Shown piece by piece: positions 1 through 8,006 of a stretch of DNA of 64,000 nucleotides. Origin of the DNA: Eubacteriales bacterium (GTDB lineage: Bacteria; Bacillota; Clostridia; Oscillospirales; CAG-272). The DNA lies in NCBI GenBank assembly GCA_045593885.1, contig JAZNXN010000022.1, positions 22,511 to 86,510 on the forward strand, in the 5' to 3' direction. Under the pieces are notes generated by a model. That model ran no database searches, was not told where the DNA came from, and saw only the letters and a list, made by a program, of their open reading frames with translations. Position numbers and translations under genes: made by a program. The stretch's first letter is position 1; each line of letters opens with the position of its first letter.

Positions 1-115
1 CCGCTTCCCCATCGAAAAGGTCGCCCTTATATTCCCTCACGTCATACCCCTCACGCAAAAGAAGGGTATAAAGCTGCTTTTGCCTATCGTCGTTACCTAC
101 AATCAGAATACTCAT
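1..115 (-). CDS. partial CDS, first 38 codons only (rest lies left of the window); Rossmann-like N-terminus, function unassigned
   Basis: ATG at 115-113 on the minus strand. It reads MSILIVGNDDRQKQLYTLLLREGYDVREYKGDLFDGEA, open to position 1. Absent from the ORF track because it is truncated. Confidence 0.35.
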   Translation of the reverse strand, partial: MSILIVGNDDRQKQLYTLLLREGYDVREYKGDLFDGEA

Positions 116-154
116 CATTTACCTCTTATAACAGTATATTAGTATTATATTCCC

Positions 155-206
155 ACAAAAAAGGGGGTGAGCACATGCTTGGGTGCCACCCCTTCTTCTT
201 TTTTCC
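155..206. terminator. bidirectional intrinsic-terminator-like hairpin
   Basis: GGGGTGAGCAC (164-174) pairs with GTGCCACCCC (183-192) with one bulged A. An A-run lies 5' and TTCTTCTTTTTT lies 3'. Confidence 0.5.
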
Positions 207-224
207 GCTACAGCCCAAAAAAGT

Positions 225-253
225 AAAAAAACGGCTGAATATCAGCCGCTTTT
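225..253 (-). terminator. intrinsic terminator downstream of the helicase-loader gene
   Basis: CGGCTGA (232-238) pairs with TCAGCCG (242-248). On the minus strand the hairpin is followed by T7 (the A-run at 225-231). Confidence 0.6.
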
Positions 254-262
254 CAGGTCATT

Positions 263-1207
263 TTATATTTTCTGTATTCTTATATCCTCACCCTCGAACA
301 AAAACGGAGTGTAGCTGCCGAACAGGCGGCTGGTTATACGCGAATCATACTCCTTTTGAAGCTCGGTCTCGCCAAGATTTGTGTTAATCACGGTGGGCTT
401 GCCCTTATTGAGCCTTGTATTGATTACGTTATATATGTACATCTGAGTAACTTGAGTTGACCTCTCTGTTCCGAGATCGTCAATTATAAGAAGGTCGCAG
501 TCAAAATACTTGTCGGTGCGCGATTCTCTGTCCCCACTTCCGAATCTATCCGCGTCAAAATCGCTTATCAGATTGAGCGCGCTCTCATAGAAAACGTCGT
601 AGCCGCGCTCGATAACAACCTTCGCTATTGCACTGGCAATATGTGTTTTTCCGAGTCCTGTGCCACCGAGCAGAAGCAGATTTTCGGAATTTTCCGAGAA
701 GGTTTTGGCGTAGCTCTTGAAATAATTGATATTATTTATCATCATATCCTCGTTTTTACCGTAGTACGAGGTATCTATGTTGTCAAAGGTCTGCTTCTCG
801 ATAAGGTAGCCGAGCCCCGAGGTCATAAAGCCGCGCTTAATCAGCCTTTTTCTCATACAGTCGCACATTTTCGTATCAACGTAGCCCGTGTCCTTGCACT
901 CGTCGCACTCGTAATGAATGTCGGTATAATCCGCGGGGTATCCGAGCATAACGAGTATCTCGCGCCTGTCCTCGAGCATTGCTCCGTTCTCCCGACGCAG
1001 CTCGTTTATTTTGTCGTCAACATCCTCGCCCGTGCAGGCAATTCCGAATATTTTAAGACCTGTTTTGGCAAGTGCCTCGTCTATCTGTCTTATTTCGGGA
1101 GAAACCGCCCACACCTCGCGCTTGCGCCTGTCGGCGTCAGCCATTGCCCTGTTGCGCTTCAGGTTATATTCTTCCTTTACCTTGCGGAAATTTTCTGCAT
1201 TATACAT
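263..1207 (-). CDS. DnaC/DnaI-type AAA+ replicative helicase loader
   Basis: Walker A GGTGLGKTH, Walker B LLIIDDLG, and a Cys-rich N-terminal segment (CDECKDTGYV..CDC). It overlaps the upstream DnaD-domain gene by 8 nt. Confidence 0.7.
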   Translation of the reverse strand: MYNAENFRKVKEEYNLKRNRAMADADRRKREVWAVSPEIRQIDEALAKTGLKIFGIACTGEDVDDKINELRRENGAMLEDRREILVMLGYPADYTDIHYECDECKDTGYVDTKMCDCMRKRLIKRGFMTSGLGYLIEKQTFDNIDTSYYGKNEDMMINNINYFKSYAKTFSENSENLLLLGGTGLGKTHIASAIAKVVIERGYDVFYESALNLISDFDADRFGSGDRESRTDKYFDCDLLIIDDLGTERSTQVTQMYIYNVINTRLNKGKPTVINTNLGETELQKEYDSRITSRLFGSYTPFLFEGEDIRIQKI

Positions 1208-2135
1208 TCTTGTCTTCCTTTTCGTTTCCTACCATTTTCGCGCTTCTCTTGAGCGCTCTCTGAAATGCGGATTTAGGGTCAAAGGTGTTGTTCTTGAAGT
1301 TGGATTTTGCCGTTCTCGATACGTGCGTAGGGCTCGCAGCAGTCATCCTCTCCTTCTTTTCCTTTTCAATCAAGGCGATAACATCATCAAGAGTTTTGCA
1401 GCCGCCCTCATGCCATCTGCTGATTATTTTGTCAAGATAGTTAAATGAACGGCGCGTAGCGGTTTCTGCCATTATATCGTAGGCAAGACCGAAAATATCC
1501 TTGCCGTATCCGAATTTGGCAGTCCATTTATCAATAAGCTTCTTCTGGTTTTCCGAGAAGGCAGAGGAGCCTATACCGAACAGCCTGCGGGCCTCGCCCG
1601 AAACGCTTTCCCTATCCTCTGCGTAGCGCGCAAAATCCTCTGCGCTCCTTATGCCCTTGCCCTCAAGGTCCTTTGCTACGGTTTTTATGTAGGAAAACGA
1701 AAAGGTCTTGTCCTTCACGTCGCCGTAGTACTTGACGAGTGCGGCAATATAGTCACTCTCGTATTTTTCCAGCATTTCGCGAAGGTCGCTCATCTGATAG
1801 TCATTGAGATTAACGTCGCTTCTGCCTATCACGTCGGCATAAATCTCCACTATCTCGGCGATACGCATGTCGAGGTTCGGCATTTCCTTGCCCTCTTTTT
1901 CGAGGTCGTCAGCAACGCTTTTTATTATTCTGTGCTTTTCCCAGAATTTGAGTGCCGCCGCCACCTCGTCCGCCGTGCAGTCGCAGTCGGTTGCTATTCT
2001 GTCGAGGTCAAGCCCCTCTGTCTGCGAAAGACAGATTAGCACCCGAAGCTCAACCGCGCTTGCCTTACACAGCGCGAGCGTTCCGCACAGTCGGGGGAGT
2101 GGCACTCCGTATCCGTTGGCGAGTAAATATTTCAT
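1200..2135 (-). CDS. DnaD-domain replication initiation / primosome protein
   Basis: C-terminal DnaD-type repeat (FGLAYDIMAETATRRSFNYLDKIISRWHEGGCKTLDDV). It is operonic with the loader gene and overlaps the rex stop by 4 nt. Confidence 0.6.
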   Translation of the reverse strand: MKYLLANGYGVPLPRLCGTLALCKASAVELRVLICLSQTEGLDLDRIATDCDCTADEVAAALKFWEKHRIIKSVADDLEKEGKEMPNLDMRIAEIVEIYADVIGRSDVNLNDYQMSDLREMLEKYESDYIAALVKYYGDVKDKTFSFSYIKTVAKDLEGKGIRSAEDFARYAEDRESVSGEARRLFGIGSSAFSENQKKLIDKWTAKFGYGKDIFGLAYDIMAETATRRSFNYLDKIISRWHEGGCKTLDDVIALIEKEKKERMTAASPTHVSRTAKSNFKNNTFDPKSAFQRALKRSAKMVGNEKEDKNV

Positions 2136-2812
2136 ACTCCCGCGTCTTCCTTCTTCTTTATTTCATAGCACAAGGTCATCAGTGAATCGCCCATGTGCAT
2201 ATTGAGTATAGTTCTGTCCTTGTTCTCGGTTCTGAGCTCGGTGTTGGAGAAATTCCACACACCCTTAATTCCACACGCAAACAGTCTGTCAAGAACCTCT
2301 GCCGCACATTCCTTCGGCGTGGTGAGAACGGCAATATCAACGTTATGAATACCGCAAAAATCCTCAAGCTCGTCCATAGATAGCACCTTGATTCCCGCAA
2401 CCGTAGTTCCGATAACACTCTCGCTTACGTCAAACATGGCGAGGCGCGTCACGCCGCGACGCTCGAACATATGGCTCGAAACCAGAGCCTTGCCGAGATT
2501 GCCCGCACCGACGATAATCGCGTTGTAGCTCTCCTCAACGCCGAGCAGCTCGCTGATTTTTCCGTGAAGATATTTTACGTTATAGCCGTAGCCCTGCTGA
2601 CCGAATCCGCCAAAGCAGTTGAGGTCCTGACGAATCTGCGAGGCAGTAACGTCCATCAGCTTCGACAGCTCCGATGAGCTGATTCTGAGTATATTCTGAT
2701 TGAGCAGCTCGCCCAGGTATCTATGATAACGGGGGAGTCTGTTTATTACTGCCCACGATACCTTTTCGGGCGAGGGCCTTGCGCCCTTTCTTCTTGTCAC
2801 TTTCTTTTCCAT
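2132..2812 (-). CDS. rex: redox-sensing transcriptional repressor Rex
   Basis: N-terminal winged-helix motif RLPRYHRYL...SSSELSKLMDVTASQIRQDLNCFGGFGQQGYGYNV, followed by the Rossmann motif IIVGAGNLG. Confidence 0.85.
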   Translation of the reverse strand: MEKKVTRRKGARPSPEKVSWAVINRLPRYHRYLGELLNQNILRISSSELSKLMDVTASQIRQDLNCFGGFGQQGYGYNVKYLHGKISELLGVEESYNAIIVGAGNLGKALVSSHMFERRGVTRLAMFDVSESVIGTTVAGIKVLSMDELEDFCGIHNVDIAVLTTPKECAAEVLDRLFACGIKGVWNFSNTELRTENKDRTILNMHMGDSLMTLCYEIKKKEDAGV

Positions 2813-2844
2813 CTCTTCATTCTCTCTTTACAAAATTGAGTTTC

Positions 2845-3921
2845 TTATATTCCGTCGCTTGCCGAGGCGTTTAGCGATATATCCGCCCTCTCGCCGTTTC
2901 GGTATGCAAAATAGCCCGCCACGGCAATCATAGCCGCATTGTCACCGCACAGAGAGGGCGGCGGCACGAACAACGGTATTTTGTGCTTATCCGCTACCTC
3001 ACGCACAAGATATCTCAAATGAGAATTTGCGGCAACGCCGCCCGATAGCACGAGGCTCTTCGCCTCGGTGCGCGAGAGCGCCATATTCAGCTTCGACACT
3101 ATTGCCGACACCGCCTCGTAGGTATATAGGGCGGCAAATTCCTCGTTGGGAAAGCTCTCGCCCCTCTGCTCGTACTTGTGCAGAAGATTTACAGCCGCGG
3201 TCTTGAGTCCCGAAAACGAGAAATCGAGGCTGCCGCCCGCTATCGCAGGGCTGGGGAGCTTCAGCTCGGAGAGCTTTTCTTTCTTTATTTTCTCAAAGCC
3301 GCGGTAGAGGTTTTCCCTCTCGCCCATGAGCTTTTCAAAGCCCCTTCGCGCTATCTTGTCAAAGCCGGCTCCCGCAGGATAGGGGATACCGAGTATACGC
3401 CCCACCTTATCAAACGCCTCGCCTGCCGCGTCATCGCGCGTGGTGCCTAAAATTTCGTAATCAAAATGGTTTTTCGCGTGATATATCGCGGTATGTCCGC
3501 CCGAAACGACCAAAGCCACAAACGGCGGCTCGGGTGTTTTTTCAAGGTCAAGATACGCCGCCCCCACGTGCCCTTTAATATGGTCAACCGCGACAAGCGG
3601 TATGCCGTTCGCGTACGCCAGCGCCTTCGCAAAATTAACGCCGACGAGCAGAGCGCCGATGAGTCCGGGGTTAGCGGTCACGGCAACCAGCTCTATATCC
3701 GAAAGCGTAACGCCTGCGGTGTCGAGCGCCTCGTAGGTTATGCGCGATATCGCCTCGGTATGAGCGCGGCTCGCTATCTCGGGCACAACGCCGCCGTACA
3801 GACGGTGCGTGTCCACCTGCGACGCAATTATATTCGATTTTACGGTAAATTGACCGCCCTCTGCCAGCACGACGGCGGCGGAGGTTTCGTCACAGGAGCT
3901 TTCAAAAGCAAGAATTAACAT
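2845..3921 (-). CDS. tsaD: tRNA N6-adenosine threonylcarbamoyltransferase TsaD
   Basis: Kae1/TsaD family N-terminus MLILAFESSCDETSAAVV, the HxxGH metal motif (DHIKGHV) and typical length. Confidence 0.9.
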   Translation of the reverse strand: MLILAFESSCDETSAAVVLAEGGQFTVKSNIIASQVDTHRLYGGVVPEIASRAHTEAISRITYEALDTAGVTLSDIELVAVTANPGLIGALLVGVNFAKALAYANGIPLVAVDHIKGHVGAAYLDLEKTPEPPFVALVVSGGHTAIYHAKNHFDYEILGTTRDDAAGEAFDKVGRILGIPYPAGAGFDKIARRGFEKLMGERENLYRGFEKIKKEKLSELKLPSPAIAGGSLDFSFSGLKTAAVNLLHKYEQRGESFPNEEFAALYTYEAVSAIVSKLNMALSRTEAKSLVLSGGVAANSHLRYLVREVADKHKIPLFVPPPSLCGDNAAMIAVAGYFAYRNGERADISLNASASDGI

Positions 3922-4373
3922 AAATCCCTCGGGGCTTTTCTCAGAATTATCGCGTTTTCACGCGGATTTTTGTAGTAGCTTTTTCTCACGGCTATTTCCT
4001 CATAGCCGCACTTGTTGTATAGCGCACGCGCGGCGGCGTTTGTTTCGCGCACCTCGATAAAATAGGTGCTTTTACCCTCACCGTCGGCGGTTTTTTCAAA
4101 ATAGCCGAGCATTTTTTCGCCAATACCCCTGCGCCTGACTGATGGCGCGGTAGCAACGCGGAAAACCTCACATTCGGGAGCTATAACCTGCCCCAGAACG
4201 CACCCGACGACCTCGCCGTCAAGCTCAGCAACAATGCTAAGAGAAATCGCGCTGTCCAAATGCGCCCTCACCATTGACTCGTTCCAAAAATCCGTGAAGC
4301 ACTGCGCCTCGATTTTCGCTATCGAAACGGCGTCATGGGGTGTGGCTATTCGCAAAATTACATCGGTCTGCAT
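3915..4373 (-). CDS. rimI: ribosomal-protein-alanine N-acetyltransferase RimI (GNAT)
   Basis: GNAT motif RRRGIGEKML and overlap with the tsaD start, the classic rimI-tsaD pairing. I chose the start at the internal ATG 4373, preceded by GAGGA; the ORF track extends to 4430. Confidence 0.7.
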   Translation of the reverse strand: MQTDVILRIATPHDAVSIAKIEAQCFTDFWNESMVRAHLDSAISLSIVAELDGEVVGCVLGQVIAPECEVFRVATAPSVRRRGIGEKMLGYFEKTADGEGKSTYFIEVRETNAAARALYNKCGYEEIAVRKSYYKNPRENAIILRKAPRDLC

Positions 4374-4531
4374 CAGAAAATCCTCGCACACGCATACTAT
4401 TACATCGTAATTATACACCATAACGCGCATTTAGTCAAGAGAAATAATTTTACACAGTTTTCAAAATTACCTTGCAAGAGGGCGTATTTTGTGATAAACT
4501 AACATTATAAGAAAATTCATCGGAGCGCATT

Positions 4532-6412
4532 ATGGAGCTGAGAGCAAAAGTAGCGGTAATAGGAGCAGGACACGCGGGAATTGAGGCTGCCCTTGCCTCT
4601 GCGCGCCTTGGGCTCGATACCGTTCTGTTCACCATAAATCTCGATTCGGTTGGAAATATGCCCTGCAACCCCTCTATCGGCGGCAGCGGAAAGGGGCATC
4701 TGGTATTCGAGATAGATGCGCTCGGCGGCGAAATGGGCGCGGCGGCTGATGCGGTTACTCTGCAATCGCGCACCTTAAATCTTGGCAAGGGCGCGGCAGT
4801 GCACTCTAAGAGAGTGCAGGCAGACAGAATGCTCTACCGCGCAAAAATGAAGGAAACTATTGAAAAGACCGAAAACCTGCGCCTCATTCAGTCGGAGATA
4901 GTCAAAATAATCACCGAGGCCGACGAAAACGGAAAAAAGCGCGTGACGGGACTCGTCACCCATCTTGATGAGTTATGGCAGGTCAACCGTATCATAATAT
5001 GCTCGGGTACCTACCTTAACGGTGAGATTTTCATAGGGGATAAGGTGTTTTCCAGCGGTCCCGACGGACTTATGCCCGCAAAGGGTTTGTCGGAATCTCT
5101 GCTTGCCGAGGGTATTCGACTGATGAGGTTCAAAACGGGAACGCCCGCCAGAGTTGCGAAGCGCTCGATAGACCTATCCCGCCTCGAAATCCAAGGTGGC
5201 GAGGAATATATAACCCCCTATTCAGAAAACACAGATGCAGCAGCGCTCAACTCAATTGAGCAGATACCCTGCCACATCGTCTATACAAATGCGCGCACGC
5301 ACAAAATTATACTCGACAACATTGACAGAAGCGCAATGTATTCGGGCAACATTCACGGCACAGGTCCGCGCTACTGTCCCTCGATAGAAACCAAGCTTGT
5401 CAGGTTCGCCGACAAGGAGCGTCACCAGCTCTTTATCGAGCCGACGGGCAGGGATAGCGAGGAAATGTATATTCAGGGCTTCAGTACCTCGATGCCCACC
5501 GACGTTCAGTACGATATGCTCCGCTCGCTTGACGGCTTTGAAAACGCAGAAATAATGCGCTACGCCTATGCAATAGAGTACGATTGCATAGATCCCACCC
5601 AGCTTCTGCCCACTCTCGAATTCAAAAACATCGGGGGACTTTACGGCGCAGGACAGTTCAACGGAACCTCGGGCTATGAGGAGGCGGCGGCGCAGGGACT
5701 GGTTGCGGGAATTAACGCCGCACTCGCCGAAAAGGGCGAGTCCCCTATGGTTTTAACCCGAAATTCCTCGTATACGGGAACGCTGATTGACGACCTCGTG
5801 ACCAAGGGCACGGACGAGCCGTACAGGATAATGACCTCGCGCTCGGAATACCGCCTGCTTCTGCGACAGGACAACTGCGATTTGCGCCTGTCGGATATCG
5901 GCTACCGTGTCGGACTTCTGTCCGAGGAAAGATACGCGCGCTTCTGTAAGAAGCGTGATATGATAAATAAGGAAATCGAGAGGATAAAGGGAACGAACAT
6001 AGCCCCCACCGACAAGGTCAACGCGCTTTTGAGGGAGCACGGCTCCTCACCGATTACCAGCGGAATCAAGCTATCCGAGCTTTTGAAGCGCCCCGAGCTT
6101 GACTACGAAACCCTTTCGCCCATAGACGAAAAAAGAGAGCCGCTTCCAAGGGCGGTTGCAAACACCGCGTATATCGAAATAAAGTACGAGGGGTATATCA
6201 AACGGCAGCTTCTGGACGTTGAACGCCTTGAAAAGCTGGAGAGCCGCACCCTCCCCCCCGACCTTGACTACACCTCGATAACAGGGCTTCGTATCGAGGC
6301 GGCGGAAAAGCTCAACGCCATACGCCCCGTCAGCATCGGTCAGGCATCGCGAATCAGCGGTGTCAGCCCCGCCGACATCAGCGTTCTGCTAATCTATTTC
6401 TCAAGGGGATAG
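4532..6412 (+). CDS. mnmG: tRNA uridine 5-carboxymethylaminomethyl modification enzyme MnmG (GidA)
   Basis: FAD motif VIGAGHAGIEAA, GTGPRYCPSIE, and 626 aa with full-length family architecture. Confidence 0.95.
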   Translation: MELRAKVAVIGAGHAGIEAALASARLGLDTVLFTINLDSVGNMPCNPSIGGSGKGHLVFEIDALGGEMGAAADAVTLQSRTLNLGKGAAVHSKRVQADRMLYRAKMKETIEKTENLRLIQSEIVKIITEADENGKKRVTGLVTHLDELWQVNRIIICSGTYLNGEIFIGDKVFSSGPDGLMPAKGLSESLLAEGIRLMRFKTGTPARVAKRSIDLSRLEIQGGEEYITPYSENTDAAALNSIEQIPCHIVYTNARTHKIILDNIDRSAMYSGNIHGTGPRYCPSIETKLVRFADKERHQLFIEPTGRDSEEMYIQGFSTSMPTDVQYDMLRSLDGFENAEIMRYAYAIEYDCIDPTQLLPTLEFKNIGGLYGAGQFNGTSGYEEAAAQGLVAGINAALAEKGESPMVLTRNSSYTGTLIDDLVTKGTDEPYRIMTSRSEYRLLLRQDNCDLRLSDIGYRVGLLSEERYARFCKKRDMINKEIERIKGTNIAPTDKVNALLREHGSSPITSGIKLSELLKRPELDYETLSPIDEKREPLPRAVANTAYIEIKYEGYIKRQLLDVERLEKLESRTLPPDLDYTSITGLRIEAAEKLNAIRPVSIGQASRISGVSPADISVLLIYFSRG

Positions 6413-6615
6413 CGCAGGTCGCTTTTTGAAAAAAGCTCGGCAAAGCCTCTTTCGGGGCTCGCTTGATTTTGAGCAGAAACCGTCGCTTTCGCTGCCGTCG
6501 CCGTACTCAGTACGGCAGAGAGTGAAAACGGCGGTAGTAAACAAAAAAACTGTAATAAATCAAAAATCGCAGATTTTTTCCTTATTCTTGACAAGATATA
6601 AGCTTTAATAAAATT

Positions 6616-6648
6616 AAAAGTGAGGAACCTTTTGTCCCTCACTTTTTT
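6616..6648. terminator. intrinsic terminator hairpin, module T1 of the repeat
   Basis: AAAAGTGAGG (6616-6625) pairs with CCTCACTTTT (6637-6646), followed by TT. The A-tract/T-tract symmetry allows either strand to use it. Confidence 0.75.
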
Positions 6649-6839
6649 GTTTGCGGTTATGGCGAAATGAAGCAGCCCAGGGGCTCGCTTGATTTTGAGC
6701 AAAAACCGCCGCTTTCACTGTCGTCGATGTACTCGGTACGGCAGAGAGTGAAAACGGCGGTAGCAAACAAAAAAATGTAATAACCAAAAATCGCAGATTT
6801 TTTCCTTATTGTCAACGGGATATAGTTTTTAGTAAAATT

Positions 6840-6872
6840 AAAAGTGAGGAACCTTTTGTCCCTCACTTTTTT
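6840..6872. terminator. intrinsic terminator hairpin, module T2 of the repeat; likely serves the SLOG gene on the minus strand
   Basis: The stem and loop are identical to T1: AAAAGTGAGG (6840-6849) pairs with CCTCACTTTT (6861-6870). Confidence 0.75.
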
Positions 6873-6924
6873 GTTTGCGGTTATGCCGAAATGAAGCAGC
6901 CCCTTCAATTTCCCAAATAACCTT

Positions 6925-7377
6925 TTACTCATTGTAATCTGCGAGATTTATAATCTCCTTGCCCCTATGCCTTGCGTACTTATAAGAAGCATAAGCACCA
7001 CCGTAGCAGTGAGTGATATACGCGATAATGAGGTCAGAGCGCTCCATCATCCACCTATTTCTTTGCACTATCGCAAATTTCGGAATAGAATTTTCAATTT
7101 CGGGGTATACCGTAAAATCAAAATCCTGTCTTATATACTCCATTCGCTCATTTGAATAACCGAAAAGATAGGGGGTTACGAAAATGAGGCTTGCGCTTAG
7201 ATGCCTTTCCTTAAATTCTCTGGCGCATACACGGGCAAATCTGTCAAACGCTCCGTATTCACCGAGATAAAAGTCCACCCTTCTGTCGCCTATTCTTTTC
7301 TCAAAAATATCAATCAGTTTTTGCCTATGCACATTACTGCTTGAAAAGCTCGAATGACCGCAAAAGGAAACAATCAT
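6925..7377 (-). CDS. SLOG-superfamily protein (DUF1273 / YpsA-YoqJ-like)
   Basis: Pattern FCGHSSF ... YLGEYGAFDRFARVCA ... IFVTPY ... QRNRWMMERSDLIIAY ... GGAYASYKYARHRGKEIINL matches my memory of DUF1273 proteins. There was no search to confirm it. Confidence 0.55.
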   Translation of the reverse strand: MIVSFCGHSSFSSSNVHRQKLIDIFEKRIGDRRVDFYLGEYGAFDRFARVCAREFKERHLSASLIFVTPYLFGYSNERMEYIRQDFDFTVYPEIENSIPKFAIVQRNRWMMERSDLIIAYITHCYGGAYASYKYARHRGKEIINLADYNE

Positions 7378-7531
7378 AATCAGAATCCCTCACATTTTTG
7401 TTTATCAACATTTTAGCACAGTGCGACAAGGATGTCAAGTGTAAATTGCACTTATATATTATAGTGCTAAAATAGAGTGTATATTTTTGTAAAAACATAG
7501 TGTAAAATATAGGTGTAGGGAGTGATGTAAT

Positions 7532-7702
7532 ATGTTTAAGGTAAAGAAATCGGAGCATAAAAACAAAACATTTAGAATGCCCGTTGACCTTTTGGAAAAA
7601 CTCGAAACCATTGCTCAGGAGCAAGGAATATCACTGAACAACCTTGTTATTCAATGTTGCGAATATGCTGTTGAGCATTTGGATAAACAAGACAAAAATT
7701 GA
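7532..7702 (+). CDS. 56-aa ribbon-helix-helix (Arc/CopG-like) DNA-binding protein
   Basis: RBS AGGGAG lies 9 nt upstream of ATG 7532. Translation: MFKVKKSEHKNKTFRMPVDLLEKLETIAQEQGISLNNLVIQCCEYAVEHLDKQDKN. The beta-strand FRMPVDL plus two helices is the RHH signature. It is below the ORF-track cutoff. Confidence 0.6.
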   Translation: MFKVKKSEHKNKTFRMPVDLLEKLETIAQEQGISLNNLVIQCCEYAVEHLDKQDKN

Positions 7703-7752
7703 GAAAAGGTCGCTTTTTGAAAAAAGCTCGGCAAAAACTTCATAATACGAAT

Positions 7753-7779
7753 AACGGATGCGGCTGCATCCGTTTTTTG
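7753..7779 (+). terminator. intrinsic terminator
   Basis: AACGGATGC (7753-7761) pairs with GCATCCGTT (7766-7774), followed by TTTTG. Confidence 0.75.
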
Positions 7780-7843
7780 TAACCCCTTGGGGTGTTTTTG
7801 CATATAATCATATCAAGAACATTTTACTCTCGGAGGTTTTTGT

Positions 7844-8002
7844 ATGAGGTCAAGGCTGTGCTGGAAGGCGGCAATCGGTATAGGCGTGTTTTCCTTCGGG
7901 CTCGGGGTGCTCATATCCTTTTTTCTTCCGGAGGCGGTGCTCGTGGTTCTGGAGGCTATCGTTCTGATTGCGCTCGGTATAATCTGCTATGCTCAAAGGT
8001 GA
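7844..8002 (+). CDS. 52-aa small membrane protein (two predicted TM helices), unknown function
   Basis: GGAGG lies 7 nt upstream of ATG 7844. Translation: MRSRLCWKAAIGIGVFSFGLGVLISFFLPEAVLVVLEAIVLIALGIICYAQR. It is below the ORF-track cutoff and sits 4 nt upstream of spoVM. Confidence 0.45.
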   Translation: MRSRLCWKAAIGIGVFSFGLGVLISFFLPEAVLVVLEAIVLIALGIICYAQR

Positions 8003-8006
8003 CTGT

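Larger units (their letters stand above)
6454..6903 (+). repeat. two tandem units of about 225 bp of an intergenic structured repeat (core plus terminator module)
   Basis: Unit 1 starts at 6454 and unit 2 at 6680, both with GGGGCTCGCTTGATTTTGAGCA. In the ~133-nt core segment the units differ by about ten substitutions and two 1-nt indels; the ~30-nt promoter-like stretch before each terminator is much more divergent. Confidence 0.9.

Noticed and set aside
6588-6616. TTGACA ... TAAAAT promoter-like sequence inside repeat unit 1, firing directly into the terminator hairpin.
   Set aside because: The spacer is only 15 nt. The TTGACA is not conserved in unit 2, where the aligned bases are GTCAAC, or in the dnaJ copy. 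The resemblance is probably fortuitous.
6454-6903. Possible CRISPR array, considered here and at 44051-44382.
   Set aside because: The units are contiguous 106-226-bp repeats with no unique spacers, the repeat length is far outside the CRISPR range, and no cas genes are present.
6394-6932. Two overlapping minus-strand ORFs (102 and 91 aa) with similar sequences, plus the + ORF 6426-6608.
   Set aside because: They are translations of the tandem DNA repeat. They run through terminator hairpins and lack an RBS. Differences between the copies are not biased toward synonymous changes.
7410-7473. TTAGCAC ... GTGCTAA arms resembling CIRCE half-sites.
   Set aside because: The spacing is 44 nt rather than 9, and the full CIRCE arms (TTAGCACTC/GAGTGCTAA) are not present. 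It is more likely an operator for the adjacent RHH protein.
7334-7624. A 96-aa minus-strand ORF and the 72-aa + ORF at 7792-8010.
   Set aside because: The first spans the divergent promoter region and overlaps the better-supported RHH gene on the other strand. The second is out of frame with the RBS-preceded 52-aa membrane ORF and overlaps spoVM.
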